A stretch of 64,000 nucleotides of DNA from a virus, in IMG/VR virus record IMGVR_UViG_3300005663_000033, positions 49,444 through 113,443 of that record. One strand, given 5' to 3'. Under the pieces are notes generated by a model. That model did no database searches. It saw only the letters and a list, made by a program, of their open reading frames with translations, and had not been told where the DNA came from. Shown here in pieces: positions 1 to 8,496 of the stretch. Position numbers and translations under genes: made by a program. Within the stretch, counting starts at the first letter, position 1. The number at the start of each line of letters is the position of its first letter.

Positions 1-83
1 AGACTGAAGGGGGATCGTGTTAACAATCTCGGTCCATTAGTTCCATCTACCATTGAGTAAAAGTTCTTTATTGCGGGGATAAA

Positions 84-305
84 ATGGAGCGTCAAAAAAA
101 ATTCTGTCCGGAATTGCACCGGAAGTTGAACTCATTGGTTAATCGTTGTGGTGGCGACGAGAATTTTGTAGCTCTAATGGATGAGTGGCCTAGAACAATC
201 AAAGAATTGATCTATGGCTCTGAAGAACTAATGATCCGGTTCAGACTTTTAGAACTTATCCCAGACCAACCCTATGATTATGAATCATCTGTGGGGATGG
301 ACTAG
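84..305 (+). CDS. hypothetical protein
   Basis: ORF with GGGGA SD-like sequence upstream; no recognisable motif. Confidence 0.5.
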   Translation: MERQKKFCPELHRKLNSLVNRCGGDENFVALMDEWPRTIKELIYGSEELMIRFRLLELIPDQPYDYESSVGMD

Positions 306-476
306 TAAAACAAGGGACGACAAATGTCTGTGGGACCGGACACAATCTTAGAGGCAACTCTCAAAGATATAAGAGAAGTAGCCGCATCCTTTTAATTGCA
401 TCTCTTTTTGTGTCATCGAATGGACACTAACCTGGAGCTTTAGGGTTAACGACCTAGGAACAGTTTAGCTCCTCAT

Positions 477-506
477 ATCTCGTGGGTGAAGCGAGATTTT
501 TCTTTT
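477..506 (+). terminator. possible intrinsic terminator upstream of tRNA-Glu
   Basis: ATCTCGT-loop-GCGAGAT hairpin followed by a T-rich run. Confidence 0.45.
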
Positions 507-530
507 CAGAAAAATCAGTTAGCCACAAAA

Positions 531-603
531 GCCCCTGTCGTCTAGTGGACTAGGATAGCTGTTTTTCAGGCAGCGGACCGGAGTTCGAATCTCCGCAGGG
601 GTA
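531..603 (+). tRNA. tRNA-Glu (anticodon TTC), CCA not encoded
   Basis: Cloverleaf: acceptor GCCCCTG/CAGGGGT, anticodon stem GCTGT/GCAGC with loop TTTTCAG, T-arm CGGAG-TTCGAAT-CTCCG. Confidence 0.9.
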
Positions 604-655
604 TTAAGAGGTCGAGACGACCTCATGGGATGGTACCAGGAAAGTGGGGTAATCA

Positions 656-982
656 ATGATTCCTTCATCAGAGATAGAGAATGTAAGAACAATTGGGTCA
701 ACACTCTTCTTCGAGTATCATTGCGAAGAATCACATTTATCATCTGATGCTGATCTTTGGTACCGATCTCATCAAGAAGTCGAAGTAATAGAATTTTCCC
801 CTAATGACGGATTTGACGTACCAACTCTGGAAGAGAGATGTGAGATTGGATGTCCGATTATGTATCAAGTAAAATTCAACGACGGATTTGTTGGAGGCGT
901 ATTTGAGGACGAACTGTTGGATAGCGAAGACGAATACTTCCGCCCCGACCCACTGAAACCACCAAAAGAGGGTGTCAAATAA
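656..982 (+). CDS. hypothetical protein (acidic)
   Basis: ORF in co-oriented gene string. Confidence 0.65.
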   Translation: MIPSSEIENVRTIGSTLFFEYHCEESHLSSDADLWYRSHQEVEVIEFSPNDGFDVPTLEERCEIGCPIMYQVKFNDGFVGGVFEDELLDSEDEYFRPDPLKPPKEGVK

Positions 983-1289
983 AAAAGGAACTTACACAAT
1001 GACAACTAGGCTGACGGCGGAAGAGCGGATACATAACACAACCAGCTTCCGTGTTGATGGCACGCACGTTGGTCGCTGCGTGATAGCGTGCGATGATGCA
1101 TTAGTCGCCATCCGCGACGCCGAGCGGAATGTGTATGAGGAGTGCAAGCCCTGTTTAAGGCATGACGCCGAGTGTCTTGTTTACTTGCCGGAAGACGATA
1201 TGGCTCGTCATTGCGACTGCGGCCTCGACGACATTCGCCGCCGCTGGGAGGCCGAGCAGGAGAAACCTGCGGAAGAGGAGACGCGATGA
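972..1289 (+). CDS. hypothetical protein (alternative start 999)
   Basis: ORF overlapping both neighbours; AAGGA precedes ATG 999. Confidence 0.6.
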   Translation: MSNKKGTYTMTTRLTAEERIHNTTSFRVDGTHVGRCVIACDDALVAIRDAERNVYEECKPCLRHDAECLVYLPEDDMARHCDCGLDDIRRRWEAEQEKPAEEETR

Positions 1290-1534
1290 GTGAGGTAGAA
1301 TGTCTTCGGTGCAAAAAGATGACCAACCCGGACCGTGATTGTGTTGCATATGGTCACACATGCAAAGGATGTGGCTTAGTGACGAAACAATGCCCAAAAT
1401 GCAAGAATTGGGTACTTAGCAATGAATTCTACTGGCCACCATACGGCAGTCCCTATTGCGGCAAATACTGCCAGTCCTGCCGTGCTCCCATGGAGAAAGA
1501 GCGAAGCCGAGTAGGGACTAAAGCTAAGGATTGA
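1286..1534 (+). CDS. small zinc-finger protein
   Basis: ATGA overlap with previous stop; CxxC motifs CLRC, CKGC, CPKC, CQSC. Confidence 0.65.
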   Translation: MSEVECLRCKKMTNPDRDCVAYGHTCKGCGLVTKQCPKCKNWVLSNEFYWPPYGSPYCGKYCQSCRAPMEKERSRVGTKAKD

Positions 1535-1566
1535 ATGCAACAGAACCATTCACTCAGGAATGAATA

Positions 1567-1639
1567 GGGTTGGTAGCTCAGTTGGTAGAGCAACGGCCTT
1601 TTAAGCCGTAGGCCGTGGGTTCGAGTCCCACCCGACCCA
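1567..1639 (+). tRNA. tRNA-Lys (anticodon TTT), CCA not encoded
   Basis: GGGTTGG/CCGACCC acceptor, D-arm GCTCAGTTGGTAGAGC, ACGGC-CTTTTAA-GCCGT, GTGGG-TTCGAGT-CCCAC. Confidence 0.95.
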
Positions 1640-1691
1640 ATAAATTCGTAATGATTCCCATTGATGCCTGCGCGAATAATGAAGGAGACTA

Positions 1692-2003
1692 GTGGTGGAT
1701 TCATTACCCAAAAGAATAAGGGACCTAGTATTAGAATATGGTATGCATCCATATGACATAAATTGTGGATGGTGTGAAGATTTTGCAAATACCGTCGCGG
1801 ATGAATTCGAAGGAGCCCGTGCGGAATGGGGGAATAAAGCTGAATCCCTATTCGAACAAGGGCATAAACCCTATCTTCACTGCTATATTGTCTACGAAGG
1901 TGCGTATTACGACTCCGAAGAGCCCGAAGGCGTGGATAGCCCCGTGAAATTGCCATTATACTATCGTCAAAAATGGCGGGCTACCAACTGCAATGTGATC
2001 TAG
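1692..2003 (+). CDS. hypothetical protein
   Basis: AAGGAG SD before GTG; INCGWCEDFA...H...YYD pattern may indicate a Cys-His-Asp fold. Confidence 0.65.
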   Translation: MVDSLPKRIRDLVLEYGMHPYDINCGWCEDFANTVADEFEGARAEWGNKAESLFEQGHKPYLHCYIVYEGAYYDSEEPEGVDSPVKLPLYYRQKWRATNCNVI

Positions 2004-2039
2004 TAACCCAAACCAATTTTACCTGTATGGAGAAAAAAC

Positions 2040-2285
2040 ATGGAAAAGCATACGAATGAACCAGAAGTAACAGTGGGCGAAACTGTTTTTGTCTTGACAA
2101 AAGATGAAGTTACTGAGGCCGTATTTGTCTTCGCAGTCGGCAGAGAACCAACGGGTGGTGAGATGAAGCGACTTAATTTCTACGTATGCGAACGTCGTGG
2201 ACAAAGTGAACAACCTTGGAGACTCGAACTCTGTTTCAAAGATCACCCTCCTACTATCGTTCCCAATAAGGGGGTGCAACCGTGA
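2040..2285 (+). CDS. hypothetical protein
   Basis: GGAG SD; coupled to next gene. Confidence 0.6.
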   Translation: MEKHTNEPEVTVGETVFVLTKDEVTEAVFVFAVGREPTGGEMKRLNFYVCERRGQSEQPWRLELCFKDHPPTIVPNKGVQP

Positions 2286-2521
2286 GAATAACAGAGGAAG
2301 AAGCTAGACATGCTGGCGAGTTAACACGTAAAATCGACCGCTGGACAGACGAAGACCTTGCTCTTATCATCAAAACGGATAAGCTGGTAATAGCTTATTT
2401 AGAAGGCAAAGGACAAGGGTGGCAATTGGCGTTATCGCCCTTGTGGAAAGAATTGAACGTTTTTAAAAGTTTTGTCGTCGCCAGAAAACGAGATCGCGAG
2501 GAAAATGCGAGAAAATCATGA
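2282..2521 (+). CDS. hypothetical protein
   Basis: 4-nt overlaps at both ends. Confidence 0.6.
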   Translation: MRITEEEARHAGELTRKIDRWTDEDLALIIKTDKLVIAYLEGKGQGWQLALSPLWKELNVFKSFVVARKRDREENARKS

Positions 2522-2754
2522 TAGTCTATCAAATAATAGCTAAAGGCCATTCGGCAAACTTCGGAGGTAGACTCCAGGCAATCGTATCGAAAGAACTCTA
2601 CACATCTCCTCCCGGAGACGAAGAAAAGGAAAGATTCCTAAAGAAGTGCATCAAATGCGAGGGAGCAGCAGACCTAAAGAGTCTTGATCCGGATAACGTA
2701 ATAACAATTATCGTAGTGCCTTACGAACTAATAGATAACGGAGGATTACTGTGA
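2518..2754 (+). CDS. hypothetical protein
   Basis: 4-nt overlaps at both ends. Confidence 0.6.
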   Translation: MIVYQIIAKGHSANFGGRLQAIVSKELYTSPPGDEEKERFLKKCIKCEGAADLKSLDPDNVITIIVVPYELIDNGGLL

Positions 2755-3317
2755 ACGCAGCCGAGAGATCAAGACATCTGGCGCACAGGAGGCTCGAAGA
2801 GTATGTGTCCGGTGGACATCGTCCAGAACGGACACTTGTAATTATTGATATGCAGACTGATTTTTACGATAAAGATGAGATAATTCCCAACATTTGTTCA
2901 CTAATCCAGTACGCCAGACAGAAAATATGGGCGATTATCGTTGTTGAATATGAAGGGCGCGGTAACACAGACGACGCGATTATTCAAGCTCTCGATGAAT
3001 ATCCACACAAGGAAACTGTATATAAACAGGGAATGGATGGAGGCAAAAAGGTATTGGATTGTATTAATAGTCACCCATCATGGCCGTTAGATCTTTTAGT
3101 TTGCGGTATTTATGGCCACGCATGTGTACCCGAAACCGTATCTGGGTTATTCAAATCGAGTGATTTAGTGGAAATTAGCGTGGTAACCGATGCGGTATTC
3201 AAATACTACTATCCACAGACTAAAATGGACGAACACGATCGACATCCAGAATGGATGATAACCATGAAGAATGTTCTAATTGACGAGGAGAGTGAAGTTG
3301 CGTCCCACACAGAATAG
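2751..3317 (+). CDS. isochorismatase-family cysteine hydrolase (nicotinamidase-like)
   Basis: LVIIDMQTDF (catalytic Asp), VYK (Lys), VCGIYGHACV (Cys). Confidence 0.8.
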   Translation: MNAAERSRHLAHRRLEEYVSGGHRPERTLVIIDMQTDFYDKDEIIPNICSLIQYARQKIWAIIVVEYEGRGNTDDAIIQALDEYPHKETVYKQGMDGGKKVLDCINSHPSWPLDLLVCGIYGHACVPETVSGLFKSSDLVEISVVTDAVFKYYYPQTKMDEHDRHPEWMITMKNVLIDEESEVASHTE

Positions 3318-3334
3318 ATATTGGAGAAACTATA

Positions 3335-3691
3335 ATGGCCTTAATAAACCTATTAGGTATTCGCCCAACAGCGTGGTCTGTTTTATATGGGCTTCAAGCC
3401 TACAATGACTGGAAAGGATATGAATTTTCCGCCTGGTATAACGGGCGCGAATGCAGCATTTGTATGCACAAAACCCTGGGTAAAAATAAAACTCTGTGTA
3501 TAGTGTTTGGTGAACCAAGACGTACGGATGGTGTTTTTGTGGATTCGTGGATATGTGTGTTGAATAATTTTATGAATCCACCAACACTAAAAGACTACAC
3601 AGAACAAGCCTACGAAGACAGACATTGGTTTACAACAATAGACGGGGCCATAACCTATATTCTTGGTCTTGCGAAACAAAATAGTGAGTAA
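3335..3691 (+). CDS. hypothetical protein
   Basis: GGAG SD; ORF track. Confidence 0.65.
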   Translation: MALINLLGIRPTAWSVLYGLQAYNDWKGYEFSAWYNGRECSICMHKTLGKNKTLCIVFGEPRRTDGVFVDSWICVLNNFMNPPTLKDYTEQAYEDRHWFTTIDGAITYILGLAKQNSE

Positions 3692-3753
3692 ATATCCAAC
3701 CAAGGAGAATACTGATCCGAATAAAACGTGGAAAATCAAAAGGAGTTTGAACG

Positions 3754-3933
3754 ATGAACGACACGGACAGAAGCCAGTGGGTTGATAATGACGAAGGTCT
3801 TTATAATTTATGGAAGTCCTCCGGGATGAATAAGAGGGCGTGGATCAAAGCTAATAGGGCAATGATTGACGAAGTGACTAACAATGTGACAAGTTCTCGG
3901 AAACCGGCTCACTACCTAGAATATGGTGAATAA
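3754..3933 (+). CDS. small hypothetical protein (59 aa, not in ORF track)
   Basis: AAGGAG SD; reads MNDTDRSQWVDNDEGLYNLW...HYLEYGE. Confidence 0.6.
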   Translation: MNDTDRSQWVDNDEGLYNLWKSSGMNKRAWIKANRAMIDEVTNNVTSSRKPAHYLEYGE

Positions 3934-3949
3934 GGTATAAAGAAGGAGA

Positions 3950-4165
3950 TTGATAATGTACCAAGGCCAACCAAGTCCTGAGCATAAGTTGTTCGCAGCG
4001 TACCACCATCACGAGTATGGCTCAACGCAGTGGGTATTTTGGTCAAATGTGTTCCCGACAGAATCACAAGTGGTCACGGCGCTCGGCATCATGTTTGAAC
4101 CAGAACTTGATGAATTTATCGATATTGAAGAAATAGATCAAATTCACACGGTAGAGCTTTCGTAA
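3950..4165 (+). CDS. hypothetical protein
   Basis: AAGGAG SD upstream. Confidence 0.55.
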   Translation: MIMYQGQPSPEHKLFAAYHHHEYGSTQWVFWSNVFPTESQVVTALGIMFEPELDEFIDIEEIDQIHTVELS

Positions 4166-4334
4166 CTTTTAATGAAAAAGAAAGGGGCTAACGTGAATAG
4201 TGAAATCCAGTCTAAAGGAACAATCATTAGTGCAAAGATGCTGATTTCAGATGGGCAGATGAGGATATGAAAGAGTAAGCGGTGTGTAGCCGCTATAAGA
4301 AGGGCAATTAAGCCCCATTTTAAGGAGATCAAAG

Positions 4335-4565
4335 ATGATCAATGTTACGTTGGGAACGAATAGTGGAGCTGGACTCCCATGCCGCATTCCTATCGTCGAG
4401 GGCACGACGCTTGAAAAGTTCCTCGAAGTGTCGTTTGATGGTGATGTTAATGATTTTACCATCCGAGTCCGTTGTAATGGTACGAGCGTTGAAGCGCACA
4501 GCGACTACGTTCTCCAGGATGGAGATAGAATCTCATTAGCACCCATTAAAGTAGATGGGTCGTGA
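4335..4565 (+). CDS. ubiquitin-like beta-grasp protein (Ubl; ThiS/MoaD superfamily)
   Basis: 76 aa; GTTLEKFL...IRVRCNG...YVLQDGDRISL pattern; ends KVDG-S; TAAGGAG SD; first gene of the E2/JAB/E1 cluster. Confidence 0.85.
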   Translation: MINVTLGTNSGAGLPCRIPIVEGTTLEKFLEVSFDGDVNDFTIRVRCNGTSVEAHSDYVLQDGDRISLAPIKVDGS

Positions 4566-4584
4566 TGCTGTAGCCGTACGATCT

Positions 4585-4618
4585 GGGGTGGGGGTGTGTC
4601 CCCCACCCCTTTTTATTT
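4585..4618 (+). terminator. strong intrinsic terminator between Ubl and E2-like gene
   Basis: GGGGTGGGGG-TGTGT-CCCCCACCCC perfect 10-bp stem followed by TTTTTATTT. Confidence 0.85.
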
Positions 4619-4631
4619 CTGGGAATTCACT

Positions 4632-5594
4632 ATGAACGAAAAACTCATAAGGCGCGCCGCTAAAAAGTATAGAGATTGGATAGTCGAAAAGTCACAAGAA
4701 ATAAACTCCGTATCAGAAGTAACGATTCGATCATATCTAGAAACCCTATATCAAAAGTCTGAAGAGATGCAGAAGTGGTCCGGTCGTATCCTAAAAGGCA
4801 TAAGACAACGTGTCCAAAAAGACACATGGAAGCCAAACGCACTCCACATGGGTCTTCCAAATAAAAGCATATATAGGGGAATCGCCAATGGAATGGTTCC
4901 AGACCTGGGTAGGGACATCATATCCTATACAAAAAACGTAGTCTCCATGTTAAAGGATATGACCGCAGGGAACGACACTATCTTTCTCTCACCAAAAGAA
5001 GCGATTGAAGAAATCAGAATCATCAGTCAGACGTGGGATAAGGTTGAATTCAGACGAAATATGCTTTCTGTACGAATCAACAAAGTAACACTCTCTGACG
5101 ACAAAGAAGAGGTAGAACTCGGTGACTTCTGGATAAATTTACATCTTGACAACCTACCAGAAGGACTAACAATTCAATCCATAAATAAGGTTATGTCTTC
5201 TAGGAAATTTTTCCATCCCCATGTAAAACATGATAAATTATGTACTGGAGATGGCACAAATATGAACAACGGAAATCCAATGGGAGAAGCCCTTTCTGAA
5301 GGAAGGTTGGAGGATTATTTTAGGATAGTCGAAGCAATTCTGAGAACATACAACAAAGAGTCCCCCCATGAAGAACTAGTCGCATGGTATGATCCTGGCT
5401 CGGAAGATAATCACGAAAATGAGTTCCATTGTGTGGGGTGTGATGAGTGGTGTCATTGCGACGATGGTCTGTGGTGCGAAGGATGTAGTACTATTTATTG
5501 TAACGATTGCGCAGATGGTGTTATTTGCATTGATTGTGAAAATTGGCGTTGCGGAGAATGTAATACAACGTGTATTGGATGTAGCGAATCCTAA
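4632..5594 (+). CDS. prokaryotic E2 (UBC-fold)-like protein with start of Cys-rich zinc-binding tail
   Basis: FFHPHVKHDKLCTGDG resembles the E2 HPN...C active-site signature; CxxC repeats at the C-terminus; lies between Ubl and JAB. Confidence 0.7.
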   Translation: MNEKLIRRAAKKYRDWIVEKSQEINSVSEVTIRSYLETLYQKSEEMQKWSGRILKGIRQRVQKDTWKPNALHMGLPNKSIYRGIANGMVPDLGRDIISYTKNVVSMLKDMTAGNDTIFLSPKEAIEEIRIISQTWDKVEFRRNMLSVRINKVTLSDDKEEVELGDFWINLHLDNLPEGLTIQSINKVMSSRKFFHPHVKHDKLCTGDGTNMNNGNPMGEALSEGRLEDYFRIVEAILRTYNKESPHEELVAWYDPGSEDNHENEFHCVGCDEWCHCDDGLWCEGCSTIYCNDCADGVICIDCENWRCGECNTTCIGCSES

Positions 5595-5967
5595 TGTATG
5601 CCACGACACGTATTGCAAATCTTGCCTAGAGCACACTTGTGTGTCCTGCAATGAAAAATGTTGTGACTCATGCGTACAGTCCTGCGCTGGTTGCGGTGAT
5701 ACCATGTGCGATGACTGCAATACTTCGTGTGAGTGTTGCGGTGACGGTTGCTGCGGAGATTGTATTGAAGATCAAACTTGTAGCAAATGCGAAGGTTATA
5801 TCTGCAAGAGTTGTAAGATTACTTGCGGCGTATGCGATAAAATATTCTGCAAATCTTGTGGAGATAACGAATGCACAGATTGTGGAGTTCCCATGTGCGA
5901 TTCTTGTGTTGCTGAACACGAGTGTTTGCTTACAGGAATCAAGCCCTCGACTCAAAGCTCGCAGTAA
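5593..5967 (+). pseudogene. out-of-frame continuation of the E2 Cys-rich (CxxC repeat) tail
   Basis: CxxC periodicity resumes in the +1 frame at the TCC-TAA stop; no SD or own start seen. Confidence 0.65.
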
Positions 5968-5981
5968 TAAGGAGAAGAAAA

Positions 5982-6908
5982 ATGGCGAAAACAGAAGAAT
6001 TTCTAAAACCTAAAGTAACGTTTGGTGATACATTACGAATATCTCCCCTAGCATTCGCAAAGATGATATTCTGGAGAGACTGCGGAGACACTGAAGTAGC
6101 GGCATACGCAACTACCCACACAGACGACCCCTTGTTTATTACAGACTTTCGATTAATCAAACAAGAATGCACAAACATAACGTTTGATATCGACAAAAAC
6201 GATTTAGCTGAAGATGTAGAACACACACTAGATGATGGGCTATGCCCGTGGATGACACACAATATATTGTGTCACACTCATCCCGGATGTTCACCCTTAC
6301 CGAGCCACAACGACGAAGAAAACTTCAAGAAAGCATTCTCTCATCCGAATTGGGCAATCATGCTAATCATAGCAGAAAATGGAGAAACTTACTGCCGCCT
6401 CAAAATTAATACGGCTCCAGGCGTAGAGAAGCTATTGAAAGTCAGTGTTGACTTTAGCCAGGAATTCGAGGCCTCAAACCACCAATCATGGGACACAGAA
6501 TACAAATCCAAAGTAACCGAGAAGAAATTCCGCATGACAGGAAAAGAGGGGGTGGCGGCGAATAATGCCTTACCCTTTCAGGGAACAGAGGGCTTCCCGT
6601 GTTGGGACTACGAAAAAGAAGATTGGGTCGAGTTTGATAGACAAGGCGAAGGCGGGAATGAAGAAGCTTATGACATAGCTAGTGATTGTTTTTGGGATAG
6701 AGACGGTAACGCTGTGTATTGGTGTGAAGATCACTATGGGTGGTATTTCTTCGATCCAGTAAATGATAAATGGTCTTTCGACGACGCGGACGACGATGAA
6801 AACAGTATCGTAGAGATCGAACGGCCAGACGAGAAATGGGCTGAGCAAGTAGTTGCGTGGGCTGAGAAATTTGCTGATGAGCAAAACATCTGCGTAGGAG
6901 AACAGTAG
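5982..6908 (+). CDS. JAB/JAMM (MPN+) metallopeptidase, deubiquitinase-like, with acidic C-terminal extension
   Basis: Upstream Glu (DTEV) plus HTHPGCSPLPSHND = HxH-x7-S-x2-D; TAAGGAG SD. Confidence 0.85.
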   Translation: MAKTEEFLKPKVTFGDTLRISPLAFAKMIFWRDCGDTEVAAYATTHTDDPLFITDFRLIKQECTNITFDIDKNDLAEDVEHTLDDGLCPWMTHNILCHTHPGCSPLPSHNDEENFKKAFSHPNWAIMLIIAENGETYCRLKINTAPGVEKLLKVSVDFSQEFEASNHQSWDTEYKSKVTEKKFRMTGKEGVAANNALPFQGTEGFPCWDYEKEDWVEFDRQGEGGNEEAYDIASDCFWDRDGNAVYWCEDHYGWYFFDPVNDKWSFDDADDDENSIVEIERPDEKWAEQVVAWAEKFADEQNICVGEQ

Positions 6909-7217
6909 ATGGAGAAATTAAATGACTATATGGGGATAACCTATCCTAGCTTCTTATATTGGAGGATTTGGCGGCGTACCGTCTGGTATCTCTGGAAGAA
7001 GTTTCTGTGTCCAAAAAATGTTCACTTATTCGATGAGGTGTTGTCTAGCGAACACACCCTTGTTTGTGATGTCTGTGGACTGTGTGTTCATATCTCGATA
7101 ATAGAGACTGAAGAAAAAAGTTGGGACAGAGCAGGCAGTGGTTTGTATATTGAAACATCGGCAGTTGAAAAGAGTTACGACAACGACACCCATTGTATTC
7201 AGATATCACAGGAGTAA
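6909..7217 (+). CDS. hypothetical protein within the Ubl operon
   Basis: Abuts JAB stop; C-x4-H...CDVC possible zinc site. Confidence 0.55.
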   Translation: MEKLNDYMGITYPSFLYWRIWRRTVWYLWKKFLCPKNVHLFDEVLSSEHTLVCDVCGLCVHISIIETEEKSWDRAGSGLYIETSAVEKSYDNDTHCIQISQE

Positions 7218-7222
7218 AAATC

Positions 7223-7882
7223 ATGCAGAGTCTAATAGAAAATCGTGACATTCGCCAACGGGAACTGATACCTCCAGAAAAATTGGCAGAGATCAGGGTC
7301 ACAATCGTTGGCGTTGGAAGCATAGGAAGGCAGGTAGCACTCCAATTAGCAGCTATTGGAGTATCAAGGCTCCATTTGGTAGACTTTGACACAGTCTGTC
7401 CAGAAAATCTGGCGGCGCAAGGTTTTTATGAAAGCGATCTCGGACGACCCAAGGTGGACGCCGTCGCGGATATCTGTAGGGCAATCAATTCGGAGATTGT
7501 GACAACCACTGCAAACAGAAAATTCAGGGGATTTGAGTTTACCGGGGGTGTGTTTTTCTGTTGTGCTGACGGAATCGACACCAAAAGGAAGATGTTCGAC
7601 TCTGTCAATAAGCGGGCAGACCTGTTCCTAGATGCTCGTATGAGTGCAGAGTATATAAGGGTGTTCTCTGTCTACGATGATGCGTCCAGGGAATATTATC
7701 CCACAACCTGTTTCCCAGCAGCCGAAGCATTCCAAGGAAGTTGCACGGCGAAAACAACCATATATTGTGCTAACGTCGCAGCGGGTATGCTAGTGGCGCA
7801 ATTCGCTAAGTGGTTGCGAGGATGTGAACTTGACAAAGATGTCGATCTCAATCTGTTAATGAATGAGATGGGGGCAAAATAA
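7223..7882 (+). CDS. E1-like ThiF/MoeB family adenylyltransferase
   Basis: IVGVGSIG nucleotide-binding loop, VDFDTVCPENLAAQ, GRPKV, CADG, DARM; candidate catalytic Cys in GSCTAK; AGGAG SD. Confidence 0.9.
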   Translation: MQSLIENRDIRQRELIPPEKLAEIRVTIVGVGSIGRQVALQLAAIGVSRLHLVDFDTVCPENLAAQGFYESDLGRPKVDAVADICRAINSEIVTTTANRKFRGFEFTGGVFFCCADGIDTKRKMFDSVNKRADLFLDARMSAEYIRVFSVYDDASREYYPTTCFPAAEAFQGSCTAKTTIYCANVAAGMLVAQFAKWLRGCELDKDVDLNLLMNEMGAK

Positions 7883-8496
7883 TGGACACTATCCAATTCA
7901 AAGATGGATGCAAGCTGGAAATAATCCAGGATGATGATGCATGGTCTCCTAGAGAATGGGACAATCTTGGTCGAATGGTATGTTTCCATAAGAATTACAA
8001 CCTTGGAGACAAACACGAATATCGTTCTGGTGATTTCAATTCGTGGGAAGAATTGCAAACCAAAATAGAGGAGGACCACGATGTTGTTTGTATAATGCCA
8101 TTGTACCTTATGGACCACTCGGGGATATCAATTAGTACGTCATCATTCGGTTGCCCGTGGGATAGCGGACAAATTGGTTTTATCCTATGCACTGCGGAAG
8201 ACGCTAAACGAGATTTTGGTGACTACGGAACAACTGGCGATCATGTAAAACAAGAGGTAATGAAAAAAGTCCACAATTGTTTAGCTGGTGAAGTAGAAAC
8301 ATACGATCAATATCTCCGTGGAGATATATACGGATTTATCATGCGCGGGCCACCGTGCGAACAATGCGGCGAAAAAGGAGAGAATCTTGACTCATGCTGG
8401 GGATTTTATGGTTCTAACCCACTCGAAAATGGAATGATGGATCATCTGGATGAGAAATACCAAGACGAACTAAAGGAAAAAAGTCATGGCGAATAA
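7882..8496 (+). CDS. phage-type hypothetical protein
   Basis: TAATG coupling to E1; motifs SPREWDNLG, WDSGQIG, YDQYLRGD, DSCWGFYG. Confidence 0.7.
   Translation: MDTIQFKDGCKLEIIQDDDAWSPREWDNLGRMVCFHKNYNLGDKHEYRSGDFNSWEELQTKIEEDHDVVCIMPLYLMDHSGISISTSSFGCPWDSGQIGFILCTAEDAKRDFGDYGTTGDHVKQEVMKKVHNCLAGEVETYDQYLRGDIYGFIMRGPPCEQCGEKGENLDSCWGFYGSNPLENGMMDHLDEKYQDELKEKSHGE

Noticed and set aside
519-1956. Minus-strand ORFs 519-743, 1006-1326, 1155-1397 and 1453-1956
   Set aside because: They are antisense to tRNAs or to better-supported + strand genes. The same applies to nearly all minus-strand ORFs in the track.
4335-7882. ThiS/ThiF or MoaD/MoeB cofactor biosynthesis
   Set aside because: No thiG, moaE or cysteine synthase nearby; an E2-like gene and a JAB gene are present, and the Ubl lacks a free Gly-Gly end.
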